Shown in pieces: positions 26,075 to 38,589 of a DNA stretch of 64,000 nucleotides (position 1 is its first letter; each line of letters starts with the position of its first letter). The stretch is from assembly GCA_964016885.1 (NCBI GenBank), contig OZ024740.1:160828001-160892000 (forward strand). The letters are read 5' to 3'. The notes beneath the pieces are model-generated. The model was not told the origin of the DNA, ran no database searches, and saw only the letters and a program-made list of their open reading frames with translations. A program made the translations under genes and the position numbers. This stretch comes from Eledone cirrhosa (lineage: Eukaryota).

Positions 26075-26540
26075 TTTGGTAGATATACAAATTGGTGACA
26101 GATATCTGTTGTCTGGTAGATAAATTAGCAACAGATGCATAGTAAATAGATAGTCTATCTACCACACATCTATTGCCAGTCTAACTACAAATGTATGGTT
26201 GACAGATAAATTGGCAACATGTGTGGTAGATAGACATGTAACAGACTTGTGATAGACAGGCAGTAGGTGTGTTGTAGACATATAGCAGCTGTGTTGTAGA
26301 TAGTCTAGCAACAGATATGTGAGAGATAGATAGACTGGTGAAATGTGTGTGGTAGACGTATAAGGACTATTAACAGATGTGTGGTAGATAGATATATAAA
26401 TTGGCAACAAATTTGTGGTAGGTATATAGACTGCCTACAGATGACAGGCAACAAATCTATTGTAGATTAGAAAGGTTACAGAGGTTATATGAGGTAGATT
26501 TGCAACATATGTATGATAGATATATAAAGATAGGTAAGTG
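26075..26540. repeat. Degenerate minisatellite (~28-30-bp units, acagatgtgtggtagata-like)
   Basis: Recurrent ggtagata / caacagat / gtgtggtaga motifs. Confidence 0.65.
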
Positions 26541-27497
26541 GAGTTGAAATTTAACTGTCACACACTTTATTACCTTAACCCTTTACTGTTTACATTACTC
26601 TATATATACTATTGTATTTTTGTGGAGATAATTATCTCTCATAATATCGAATCTACGATATTTTCCTGTTATATATTTTGAGAACAATACCTTAACATCA
26701 GTATGAGTGGCCAGTTATGGCTGGTTTTAACACGAAGAGGTGAGAGAATTCTGGCTAGAGACACTCGGTTTAAATACTAAAAGTTTAAAGCACCAGTCAA
26801 TAATCTTTTTAAGCCTGCCCCTGCCTCACTATCATCACCATCATCATCATTAACATGAGTACCACTACCAAAATATCACTGTTTAATTTTTAATGTTGGT
26901 TTGAGAATTTTCACTTTTTACTGCAATTGAGCTTATATAATATTGAAGTCGTGATTGGAATATGCAGAGAGTTTATAACTGGGAATTGTGAGATAGCCAA
27001 ATGAGATTTTAATTGGCACCTAAGAGTCTTTAGTTCTGATGCAAGGGCCTGAGGAATTAGCTAGGAACTTGTTAATCTTTAGAGTCAAAATCAGAGTTGG
27101 CGCTACTTACAGGTGTGAGCCTCACAAACTAGAATGACTCTTCCAGCATGTCTCCTGCCGCATCCTCTGGGGAAACCTTCTCTATTCTGTCCACCAGGGC
27201 CAATAGGGGGGGGGAGCACATTTTCTCATAATAGTGAGAGATAGGGAGTGCAGGAGAGATGGTGGCAATGACAGTGAGTTTGATTCCACTGTGTTCAGAC
27301 CTGGTGTATATGTATATATTTATTTACCACACCACATTAACTACATTTGGCTCTCAGTTATTTTACATGTAATTATACAACTCATCACAACCGTAATTAA
27401 ACAGGAAGTTAAATTACTCCATCAAGAAGCTGTTACTAATAGCAAAAAAACCCCAAAAACCTGCCATTTGTATAAGAAACAAAAATACATCAAATAA

Positions 27498-27680
27498 TTG
27501 TTTCTACTTTAGGCACAAGGCCAGCAATTACCCAGTACAATACTGGTACTTTATTTTATCGACCCCGTAAGGATGAAAGGCAAAGTTAACCTCAGCGGGA
27601 TTTGAATTCAGAATGTAAAGGGACGTAACTATGCTAGAAAGCATGGCGTCCAACCCTCTACCGATACTGCCAATTCACCA
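27498..27680 (-). mobile_element. SINE family A, near full length
   Basis: Reverse complement of 46835-47017, with caaataat on both flanks. Confidence 0.9.
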
Positions 27681-28594
27681 AATAATACAATAAAATACAA
27701 CACACTGACATATTTTGTTTAATTTAATATAACTATGTTTATTCTCTACAAAATGGTGACTTGTTTACGCCACCTCAACTTAAACAAAGATAGAATATGA
27801 ACCAATAATAGGTAGATGCATGCTGGAAACAGCACTGCACGTTCAATGAGATTTAAACCCAATATAGTGTTGGAATAAAACAGTTTCTTTTTTATCGACT
27901 CTCTGATACTTCATTCGAGGAGAATGCAGTGAATTACTTATAACTAAAGGGAAAATGTTTTTGACATGTGTAAATGATACAAAGTTACAATGACATATTT
28001 GGTTTTATAGTTTTACTTTTATACATAAACACAATAACCATATTTGCAGAAGTCAGAAAGCCATGTAAACACAGCAGAAATTATCATTTATTTTAGATTA
28101 GTCTTCATTCCCTATTTGTATTATATTCTATTAACTGATTTATTTATTTATTTATTTTTGTACATGTCTGAAGTTGATGAGAAGTCAAGGATTCTATGAA
28201 GGGTTCAGTGGTCTAAAATGTTAAGGGATAACTGCTCCAGACCATTAAGTTTTGTCTTTTAACCTTACAGCGTCAATAAAATAAAGCATCGGTAATGCAC
28301 TGGGATCGATTTAATCAACTTTCTCCTCGACCAAAATTACTGGCCTTGTACCTATAGTAGAAATCATTATTTATGACTGTAGGGTGGGGTTTGATTGATC
28401 AATATATTTGGCACACACACACACATGCGCACAGATAAGTGCTTATTCATATACAGACATTCATGTACACACAAAAATAGACACATAGATGCACACACAG
28501 ATATTATAGATACATGACTCTGACTCCACACTATAATTACACAGGCATTCACTCTCAAAAACAGACTCATACATGCATACATACACATACAGGC

Positions 28595-28970
28595 ATCATC
28601 ATCATCATTTTATGTCCACTTTTCCCTGCTTGCAAGGGTGGGACGAGAACTGATTCTGGCTTGATTTCTACAGCTGGATGCCCTTCCTAACACCAACCTC
28701 ATTTACCATGAGTGCTGGGTGCTTTTTTGCCGTGGCACCTCCATGTCCACTTTGCAGTGTGGACTGGGTGCTTTTTTGCCGTGGCACCTCCACGACCACT
28801 TTGCAGTGGAATGATAAGGACCCCTGTCCTATCATCTCATTTCTACAGCTGAGTAAACTAGAGCAATGTGAAATAAAGTGTGTTGTTCAAGGAAACAACA
28901 CATCACCCGATCTGCGAATTGAACTCACAACCTGTCGATTGCAAGCCCAATGCTCTAACCAAAGCCATGC
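28595..28970 (-). mobile_element. SINE family B (tRNA head, CORE-like, Meta-like block, RTE tail)
   Basis: Reverse complement of 52550-52876. Confidence 0.85.
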
Positions 28971-29477
28971 ACACATAAAAACAGACAGATATACTTACAC
29001 ACAGATAAACACACACACACATACAGAAATACACAAACACACGCATATACACACAAGTAGTCAGATTTACACACCCAAAATTGACAGACACATTCACATG
29101 TGAAAACAAACACACATGCGCACATTCACAGAAACAAATAGATGCACACATACACACACACACACAAAAACAGATGCACATATACATAAACACACACACA
29201 ATTGAGAGATACACATGCACACACTCATACAGTCACACACATGCACATGCTCACACAAACAAACATTTTCTCAGACAGGTAAGACTTGCTCACAGTTGTC
29301 AGACAAATCAATTTCACTAAGAATTCCAGACAATGAAACAATAAAATCTTTAATAAAAAAATAAAAAAATAAAACCATCTATCTCAAAAGTTCAGATTAT
29401 TCTAGAACAGCAGGAAAAATATGCTAAACATCAATAAATATAATTAAAATTAAAACAGAATGGATATACTTACAGAC

Positions 29478-29640
29478 ATGGCTGTGTGGTTAAGAAGTTT
29501 GCTTTGCTACCATATACTTCTGAGTTCAATCCTGCTTCATGGCACCTTGGGCAAGTGTCTCTTCCTACAGCCACAGGTTGACTAATGCAGTGCGAGTGGA
29601 ATTTGGTTGATGGAAACTGCAGTAGCTGAAGAAAATCTGC
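29478..29640 (+). mobile_element. SINE family C (tRNA head, CORE-like body)
   Basis: tggctgtgtggttaag (A box), gagttcaatcc (B box), caccttgggcaagtg (CORE-like). Other copies at ~52975(+) and ~60705(-). Confidence 0.7.
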
Positions 29641-31269
29641 TAAATAAAGGGTCAAGATGTTTGTTACTATTCAGATGTAACAACCTCCCTAGAGTTGGTG
29701 CCATGATAAAATGCACATGAGAGAGTACATGAGCGTAAGTAAGTGAAATGCAGCCCATCTAATCATTCAGTAGAGTGCAGGAATATATGTAAGTGAGATT
29801 GAGAACCCCAGACAATCTGAAACGGAAGTAGCTCCATTTCTGTACAGACACAGACTAGCAGGGAAAGCAGGTATCAAATGCTCATTATGATGATGAGGAT
29901 GATGATCAACATCATTTTTACATCAGTTCCCTGCTTGCATGGGCTTGATGAGTAACAGGCCCCATGTTAAGCTTCATACCCATAATGGGATCCTTTCTGA
30001 GGCAGTGTTTCATGCCCAGATGTCCTTGGTGCCAACCCTTTTAATTGCCTCTGACATGCAGAGATATGGTGAACTCATTCTAAACTGAAATATACATATG
30101 TTTGGGTATGCACATGTCTATGTTAACATTTATTGTAAAAAGATTGATGAAATAAGTACCAGACTTAAAAAAACGTAAGTACTTGGGTTATTATGACCGA
30201 CTAAATCAAAGCAGCACAACAGCATGCCTTCAGTCTAATGTTGGAAACCAGTAAAAGAATATAACACAGATTGTAAACAAGGAATAATTAAAAAACAAAA
30301 AGGAAATATAGCAATACAAACATTTAAAAAAACAGACATACAAAAATCAAAAGCCATAAAATAAAGATTGTATCGATAGAAGTTAATTTTGGACGAAAAT
30401 AAGATGAAAGCAAAAAAGAATTAAATATTAAAATAGATTCATGATCGTTGCTGTTGGTGTCATAACTATTGATGGCTATGATCATAGTGAAATTTTATTT
30501 CCTTAACGTATGTCAAAAGAATATTCTTCATTCATTTTAACGTTCATTTATTATGTCATATTATATATTTATACATATACACACATTTATATACATGTTT
30601 ATGTGTGTATGTGTGTATGTATATAAATATATATAGATTTAGATTTAAAATTTTCATTATAACCAAAATGTATTTAATGTATTATAAAATTGTTACTCCA
30701 TTGCATATCTATTTCCGACTATGTGAGTGGCTGTGTGTGTGTGTTTATGATTGTATATATGTGTATATATGTGTTTGAACATCTGTGTATGTGTATGCAT
30801 GCATTAATGTATGTATGTGTATATACATATATGTATGTATGTATGTTCTTCTAGTTTTATAATTTCACAAACTTTTGCCAATAGAGTCGGTTTCTAACAA
30901 GACACTCTCATTGTAATTTACACAACATCAACTAAGTAGATATGTATGTATGTCTGCATGAATGGGTGTGCAGGTATGGATCTTATTGAATGTGTGGATA
31001 TGTATGTTTTGATTTATATGTGTGCATATGCTTTGGAATGTTTTACATATTTTTACTGTTCCATTAATGGATTGTACTTGTAATTCCCTAACTAGTTGTG
31101 TTGATTGTACTTGTAATTTCCTAACTAGTCATGTTGATGTATGTATGTATATGTGTGTTTGTGTGTATGCTTCTTTATATAAAGATATGTATGATAATTA
31201 GGTTGCAGCAACAGTATATTTTTCATCATAGGGTTGTATATAAACCATATACAACATGTCTATGTATAA

Positions 31270-31445
31270 CTGTTTCTACATTTGGCACAAGGCCAGCAAT
31301 TACCCAGTGCATTACTGGTACTTTATTTTATTGATCCCGTAAGGATGAAAGGCAAAGTTAACCTCGGCGGGATTTGAACTCAGAATGGCAAAGGCCGTAA
31401 CTCTATGCGCCAAAGCATGGCATTCGACCCTCTACCGATACTGCC
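31270..31445 (-). mobile_element. SINE family A with fold-back 5' junction
   Basis: SINE body. TSD acatgt(c/t)tatgtataa at 31254-31269 and 31482-31497. Hairpin at 31446-31529. Confidence 0.9.
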
Positions 31446-32261
31446 AAAAAATTAATAGTGAGGCTGTCGTAACTTTATTATACATGTTTATGTATAATAA
31501 AGTTACGACAGTCTCACTATTAATTTTTTTTAAAGCCATAATCATGTCACAGCTATTTCAGTAACAGCAAGGATGCCAGATAGCTATTTCTAGATTTTTA
31601 TCCTTCATCAGAGAATAAAAAGTATGTATGTACACACATCATACATACAAATATCATTTGAAAAGATGGCTCATACCTCTGAGTTGGAATGCTTTCCATA
31701 AATTCCAGTATTAGCATTAAAAAACAGCAACCACAAAAACAAACATATATATTTGAACCTTCTTGGTTAAACTATTTAAAGAAAGTCACTGTCTAAAATA
31801 ATTGATATCATTGCTAGAAGCTTTCCAAATTTGATTCCCCCAAACTCACTACTACTACCACCAACACAACCACCATCTCCAATACTACTACTATTAAAGG
31901 GTCCTCTTTTTTACCACTCTAGCTACTTAAAATAGTAGACAAATTTGCCTCAAATAAAACTTGCATGTTAGGCAAGTATAGTTCAAGATAGTATTGGTAG
32001 TGACATGTGATGTGTAAGGATGATGTTCATTGAGTGAGGAAGTGTAAAGTGTTCCCATTGGAAGGAGGCTGCAACAGAGGAAGAAAGACTGAGGAAGTTC
32101 GAGGAAAACTTGGGCAGTGGTGTTGAGAGCTGATCTCAAATGGCTTAAAATCATTAAATTGGATGACAAAGGAATACAATGTGTGGAAAGGGTTGTACTG
32201 GAAAGGACCAGTCAATGTAAGCATGAGAAAACAAACATAATATAATGATGCTGATGATGAG

Positions 32262-32520
32262 ACTAACTCTTTCATTACCATATTTCTATGAAAGTAACTG
32301 CCTATCATGTTCAAATTATTTTGAAAATAATAACAAAATTTTGAAGGATTTAGACAAATAATTTTCTCATTATTTATCTCGTGTTTGGGACATAACTTAA
32401 CAATGATTCTTACATAAAATTATGATGAAAGATTTCTAGATAAACATCTACACTTTCAAATAAACAATTTTAATATAAAGCCAGTGGCTATTTCATGTGG
32501 TTTACTATCAAATTGGTTAA
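32262..32520. mobile_element. Decayed TTAA MITE
   Basis: Similar to 3680-3920. Ends ggttaa. Confidence 0.45.
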
Positions 32521-32783
32521 ATTGGTTCTATTTAGCAGTTTATGACTTGCATGTTCCACTCAATCAAAGCTGATCTCATCAATTTGTACATTATATTTCC
32601 TTTTCTTCTTATTGCAATTCAATAAAATTGTTCTGCAATCCCACATTGGCAATTTACAGGACTGTGAACTTCATTCAGTTACAGGCAGAGATGTGTACAT
32701 CCTTGCATACTCTGCTTGTCTTTGGGCTCATTATTTGTTTTCTTTCTCTGCAGTCCCTAATGGCTCCCACCCTTATTCATTTT

Positions 32784-33940
32784 CAAGCCATGTATAAAGA
32801 AACAGTCAGCAAGGTTAGAATTAACAACGAATATAGTGAAGAGTTTAGCGTAAAAGTTGGCGTCCATCAGGGCTCTGTTCTCAGCCCCCTACTATTTATT
32901 ATTGCCCTTCAGGCTATAACAGAGGAGTTCAAGACCGGCTGCCCATGGGAACTCCTATACGCAGACGACCTGACACTCATAGCGGAATCAATGGCCGAGC
33001 TAGAGAAGAAATTCCAAACATGGAAGCACGGCCTAGAATCAAAAGGACTTAAAATTAACCTGGCTAAGACTAAAGTTCTAGTTTGTAGGAAAGAAAATAA
33101 GGCGGCGGTCCCTTCTGGGAAATGGTCGTGCTCGGTGTGTAGGAAAGGCGTAGGTAGAAACTCCATTTTATGTCCTAAATGCAAAGTATGGGTGCATAAA
33201 AGATGTAGTGGGATCACAGGTAAGCTAACTAAGAATGGCCGGTGCTCTGGTGCAATAAGTAGCAGCAAGTGCCCACAAATACTAGCTCTTTCAATTGCGC
33301 AGAGGGTTCTATAGAAATAGTGGACAGCTTCCGTTACCTGGGTGATAAAATCAGCAGTGGGGGAGGGTGCTCTGAAAGTACAGTAGCTAGAGTCAGAACT
33401 GGTTGGAAAAAGTTCAGAGAGCTTATACCACTATTAGCTGCTAAAGGGTTCTCCCTAAAAATGAAAGGCAGGTTGTACGATGCCTGCATACGAACAGCAA
33501 TGTTGCATGGCAGTGAGACCTGGGCATTGTGTGCAGAGGATATACGCAGACTAGAGAGGAACGAAGCTTGCATGCTCCGCTGGATGTGTAACAGTAATAT
33601 ACGTGAACGGCAAAGCATAAACGAACTAAGGAAAAAATTAGAAATAAGAGGGATCAGATGTTGTTTACTCGAGAGAAGGCTACGTTGGTATGGACACGTG
33701 ATGCGCATGAAAGTCGATAGCTGTATAACAAAGTGCAGGGCAATAAAGATAGACGGTAGCCACAGAATAGGCAGACCTAGAAAAACCTGGGACGAGCTGA
33801 TAAACTTCGACCTCACACACTTACACCTCTCCAAGACAATGTCACTGGACCGAGACCTTTGGCGGTACTCAGTAACAGAGAAGACCCGCCTTACCTAAAT
33901 ACATAGTAAAACCTACTACAGCCAGTAGGCATCTCTAACA
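32784..33940 (+). pseudogene. RTE LINE ORF fragment (RT motifs 4-7, PHD-like insert, thumb), one frameshifting deletion
   Basis: GVHQGSVLSPLLF, LLYADD, KINLAKTK, CSVC..CPKC..HKRC, FRYLGD, LHGSETW, LRWYGHV, GRPRKTW in ORFs 32628-33314 and 33269-33898. Confidence 0.95.
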
Positions 33941-34637
33941 AAATACCTTCTTGATGTGTAACTTGTGCTTTTCTGGAAAGAGCAGTTTCTATCATCTGCT
34001 AGTTTGTTGTTGACTCTGATGCTTTCTATATCCCTATCTCCTTCTGCCTTATCAGTTCCTCAATGCAGAAACCCCTTCAGTGGTTCTTATTCTCTCATTA
34101 GTAGCTACTGAACTTTCTACCTTACACCAGTTTCATTGCTTTACTTTCTATACGTATAAAAAGGCAAAGCTGCAGAACAGCCCAATGGTCTATAGCTGCC
34201 ATTATGACATATTGCTCTATATAAATGCTTCCTGACTGCTTAAAACAACACAAAAATTGACTTGTTTTCTTTGTTTGGTAATATATGTGTGTGTGTATTT
34301 TGTAAACATCATACAAATTTGCATTTTCAGATATCAAATTGTGATTGTTTGTATTTGTGAGTGTATCTATTTGTTTTAATGTCATTTTTTCTATTTATTG
34401 TTATTTTAAATTCTGTATAATGTTTATAATTTTTGTTCTCATGTATTTGAAAATCACTTCATTTTTTTTAAAACTTAGGTGCATATCCAGAGCTAATCCT
34501 TTCCTTTTTAGTATCTCTTACTACTCTTTAAATATGAGGTGTCATATTGACTATATTATAAACAAGAATTTTCTACCCCAGTTATTAAATTAGACAATCC
34601 AATATTCTGTCTGCAAACTAATCTGAAAATATAAATA

Positions 34638-34716
34638 ATTGTTTCTACTTTTTGGCACAAGGCCAGCAATTACCCAGTGCATTACTGGTACTTTATTTTA
34701 TCGACCCCATAAGGAT
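34638..34716 (-). mobile_element. SINE family A 3' fragment
   Basis: Sequence match, with ataaataat on both flanks. Confidence 0.85.
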
Positions 34717-35969
34717 AAATAATGTTAACTAGTAAAACTTGTTAATATTACAATTCCCTCAAGTCTGTCTCCAAAGTTGCTATTCATACATACAATTACA
34801 TAAAACATTAAAAAAGAAAATGAGAAAATATAATGAGGAGACTAAAGAGACAAAGTTACATGAAAGGGAAGGGCAGAGAAGTTATTGGATATTGTTCTTT
34901 TAGTGTGTATTAACAATCGGGGGTTGTTTTTAACAAAGGTCTGTTGTTTGTAGTCTTCATTTATTCTGGTCTTGTAAAGTTTTAGATGGACTACAAATCT
35001 CATGTCATCTTCATCATTGTCATCATCTTCTTTTAGTTTGAGTTCACCGTTTCTCATATTGCTGGTTTCTCTTTTTCCTATGCTTTCTGATATTTTCCAT
35101 TGCCATTCTTGCTTCTATTGTGTCACCACTATAATAAGATGAGGGTGTGTTGCTGTTAGTTGTGGGAAAGGAGATCTCTTACTCATTGGGCTTTGGAACC
35201 AAAGACAGGACAAATTCTCAGATCCCTCGGGATCAGTATTTTGTGTTGTTGCTGCTGTCTACCACTCACTTTTCCCATCTCCTCTTCACTGTCACTGTTG
35301 GTTATGGATGGGAGAAGGTCTTCAACTTCCTGGCCAGCTTTTGGGACCAAGGATGAAACTATTTCCTCTGCAAATTCTGGAGCTTCAACAGAGGGTGCTT
35401 CTAGAATGGCGGTTTCTGGATTCTAAAACTGTATCTTTGTTTTCTTAAATCCTCAAAACTTTAAAGCATTTTTCTTTTTCTGTTATAAGTACATCTGGGC
35501 CTTCTGTTCTGCTCCATCAGTCTCTAATTAGGCATAGTTCCAGAATGGCCCCATGGTTTTCAATGGTTATAAACACTTACAAATTCATACTGATTATATG
35601 TTGGTTTCCATGATTGCTCATACTGCTTCATAAAGGTAAAGGCATGTCAGGGGTTGATATTACTACCCAATGCCCCTGACTGTCACCTATGTGGAGCACT
35701 GATCCATGTATTGAGCTATGAGTCAATGAGTGGGCCATCCACAAACTATCCTCTACCTGATTTTCTGCTTTGGCTTCTGTCTTGAAGAGCAGGTCAATAG
35801 TATTGTAAACTTTACCTCAGTCAAGGGAGGAGACATGGCTCCACGCATAACTCGTAGTTTTGGTCTAAATATATTTAGAGAAAGATGGCAACAAAAAATC
35901 TCTGCTTGGCCAATTCCCACTTTGTATCCAAGATGTTGATATAAAGCAAGCCCGAACCCATCATTGGCT

Positions 35970-36745
35970 ACGAAGTTCAGGATTAAAGGCTGAAAGACAA
36001 GGTTTATTCTTGCTGCCCAGGACCAGAGACTTTTTATTAGAAATTATCCGGTAAATACTCTCAGAAATGGAGCCGATCCCAAATGCAGGATATGTGTTGT
36101 ACAGCTTGAAATAATTGATCATATATCAAGATTCCCCACATTAGCACCAACTGAATATAAAATTAGACATGATAGGGTGGAACAATACATCCACTGGATA
36201 ATATGCAAACAATACAATGCAGAACATACAGAAAATTGGTATGAACATAAACCTCAACCTGTAACTAAGACTGAGGGATTAACAATCCTTTGGAATTCTA
36301 CCATTCACACAAATTGCACTATTAATGCAAACCGTGCTGATATTATTATTAAAGATTAAAAATTTGATGCAATTTTTTCATACTCTTTTGCTGCTACATT
36401 TCTATCAGACAGTATAGTAATGTCAATGAACAGGTCTTATATTTTTTAATCTTTAATAATTGTTTCTACTATTGGTACAAGGCCAGAAATTACCCAGTAA
36501 AATAAAGTACCAGTAATGTAGTGGATAATTTCTGGCCTTGTGCAAATAGTAGAAACAATTATTAAAGATTAAAAAATATAAGACCTGTTCATTGACATGA
36601 CTATACTGTCTGATAGAAATGTATCAGCAAAAGAGTATGAAAAACTTGCATCATATAAAGATCTAGAAATTGAGATAAACAGAATGTGGCACCATAAAAT
36701 ACAAACTATTCTAGTAGTGGTCAGTGCCATAAAGGAAGGGTTCAA
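35970..36745 (+). pseudogene. Decayed R4/Dong-type RLE LINE fragment interrupted by a SINE A fold-back insertion
   Basis: GLKAE..GFILAAQDQ, PKCRIC..E.IDH, RHDRVEQYIHWIICK, ILWN..I.ANRADIIIKD, IDMT...KEYEKLASYKDLEIEINRMW. Confidence 0.88.
36365..36653. repeat. Fold-back inverted repeat, ~130-bp arms, centred on a SINE A 3' end
   Basis: ~36365-36496 is the reverse complement of ~36521-36653 with a few mismatches. TSD attattaaagattaaaaa at 36345-36362 and 36558-36575. Confidence 0.95.
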
Positions 36746-37145
36746 ATATTTTCTATGAAATCCAAAAGATAGTTCTCACACATACCACCCACATACTTTA
36801 TAAATATTTGTCTTTGTAATATATGTCAACACATAATCTTTTCTGTTTAATTTTTATGGTAGACTTAATTGATATTTATTAACATTCAAATATCCTCAAT
36901 GCAAAATTAATTCATATCTTTTATACTTATTTTTATCTTCTACTACCTTTCTATATTTATTTTCCCAATTTGTTTGTTTTACCTATCAAATTTTGTGATG
37001 TTACTTGTTAAGTGAATGTGAAGACAGCACAATATAGGAAAAAGGGCTATCGTAAACAGTCAAAATCAATGATGCCTGCCCTAAGTATATTGTTGATACT
37101 GAGTTGTCATTGTTTATAAAGCAAAATCAAAGGAAAATATAATAA
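36745..37145 (-). repeat. Unclassified interspersed repeat (inverted relative to 10780-11240)
   Basis: Shared blocks as described for 10780-11240. Confidence 0.7.
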
Positions 37146-37161
37146 TGATGATTTCTTTATT

Positions 37162-37169
37162 TAATAATG

Positions 37170-37230
<61 letters not shown>
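37162..37230. repeat. (AAT)n microsatellite
   Basis: About 22 units, seen directly. Confidence 0.98.
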
Positions 37231-38328
37231 TAGGAAGCTATTGACTATCTACAACATGTTCTACAAGAGGAGTGATGTCGATAGACTCTACCTAAGGAGA
37301 TCTGAGGGTGGAAGAGGTCTTATCAGCATAGAGGACTGTGTTCAGATGGAGAAAAACAACCTATACAAATACGTGACCTATAGTAAGGAGCCAATGCTCA
37401 GAACTGTACTGAAGGAGGGGACAGTAGGCCAGGGGATGTCCAAGGAGGAAATAACATCAAGGAGGAAGAGCAGCCTTAAGGGAAAATCCCTTCATAGTAC
37501 CTTCTTTGAGAAAACTGAATTTAGAGATCCACAGACATGGAACTGGTTGAGAAGAGGAGACCTCAAAAAGGCTACAGAAGGAATGCTAATGGCTGCGCAG
37601 GAGCAGGCCCTCAAAACGAAGTGGTTGAAGCACCATATCTACAAGGAGGAGGCTAGCCCACTGTGCAGGATCTGTGGAGAGAGAGAGGAGACTGTGGCTC
37701 ACATTGTGTCCGAGTGTAAACACCTAGCCCAGACCCACTATAAGGGCTGGAGACACGATGTGATGGGCAGGGTGATCCACTGGCACCTGTGCAAAGTAAA
37801 CAATTTACCACATTCTGAGAAATGGTATGAGCATAGGCCAGAGGCGGTGATGGAGAACAATCAGGTGAAGGTGCTGTGGGATTTTAGGATACAGACGGAC
37901 AAAAAACTGGAACACAATAGACCTGACCTGGTGGTTGTGGACAAAGAAAAAAGATCGTGTCTGATTGTGGATGTGGCCTGCCCGTTCGACACGAGAGTGC
38001 AAGAGAAGGAGAGGGAGAAAATTAACCGATACCAGGACCTAAAGTGGGAGGTGAAAAGGATTTGGAACTGCCATGAAGTCAAAGTGATCCCGATTGTCAT
38101 CGGCACACTGGGGACTATCTCCAAAAGTTTCCAGGGATGGTTAAAGAAAATCGGCCCCTTCACGCTTTTTGGAACGCTTCAAAAGGCATGCTTGCTTGGA
38201 ACAGCAAGAACCCTCCGATACGTCCTGAATATCTGAGGCTGCAGGTAGTGGCTTGATATTCAATCCAACGGACTTTCCAGTTAACCAACATCAATGACTG
38301 AGATTCAAGGAATAACAACAATAATAAT
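37229..38328 (+). mobile_element. 5'-truncated R4/Dong-type LINE with open C-terminal ORF (CCHC knuckle and restriction-like endonuclease)
   Basis: RLYLRRSEGGRGL, AAQEQAL, CRICGEREETVAHIVSEC, RHD, RPDLVVVD...IVDVACPFD...EKINRYQDL. Stop at 38236, short 3' UTR, AAT-rich tail. Confidence 0.93.
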
Positions 38329-38589
38329 GATTTCTTTATTAACCACAAGGGTTTACATAAAGTAGACATTAAGGACAGTGCAGGACAATGCAGGACGGTA
38401 CAAATGGGCATTCCTGCGTGTAAAAAACAAAAACAGAGGATGTAACGAAAATAACAATGAAAATAACAATGAAAAATTCCCCAATAGGGGGGAGACTTCG
38501 GAGGGACATTTGTGGAGAAAGCCCAGTAAAAAGCCACAATGCCCCTGACCACCAAGGCAAGTGCCCTCTCCCAGTTTTCCACCTTTAAT

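Noticed and set aside
26075-26540. CRISPR-like periodic array
   Set aside because: Degenerate tandem units without constant repeats and unique spacers, in a eukaryotic context with no cas genes.
27105-27301. Possible minus-strand host exon (ag...gtaagt)
   Set aside because: No convincing open frame through the G/C run and no recognisable protein.
32628-32783. Signal-peptide-like extension fused to RTE RT
   Set aside because: Non-ATG start, chance open frame, and the downstream ORF is frameshifted.
35050-35950. GC-richer block, possible exon or gag remnant
   Set aside because: No motif recognised and frames are interrupted, so it cannot be assigned.
37145-38236. 363-aa ORF with N-terminal poly-Asn as a domesticated nuclease gene
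   Set aside because: The poly-Asn is the (AAT)n target tract fortuitously in frame with a young truncated LINE. No promoter or splice evidence.
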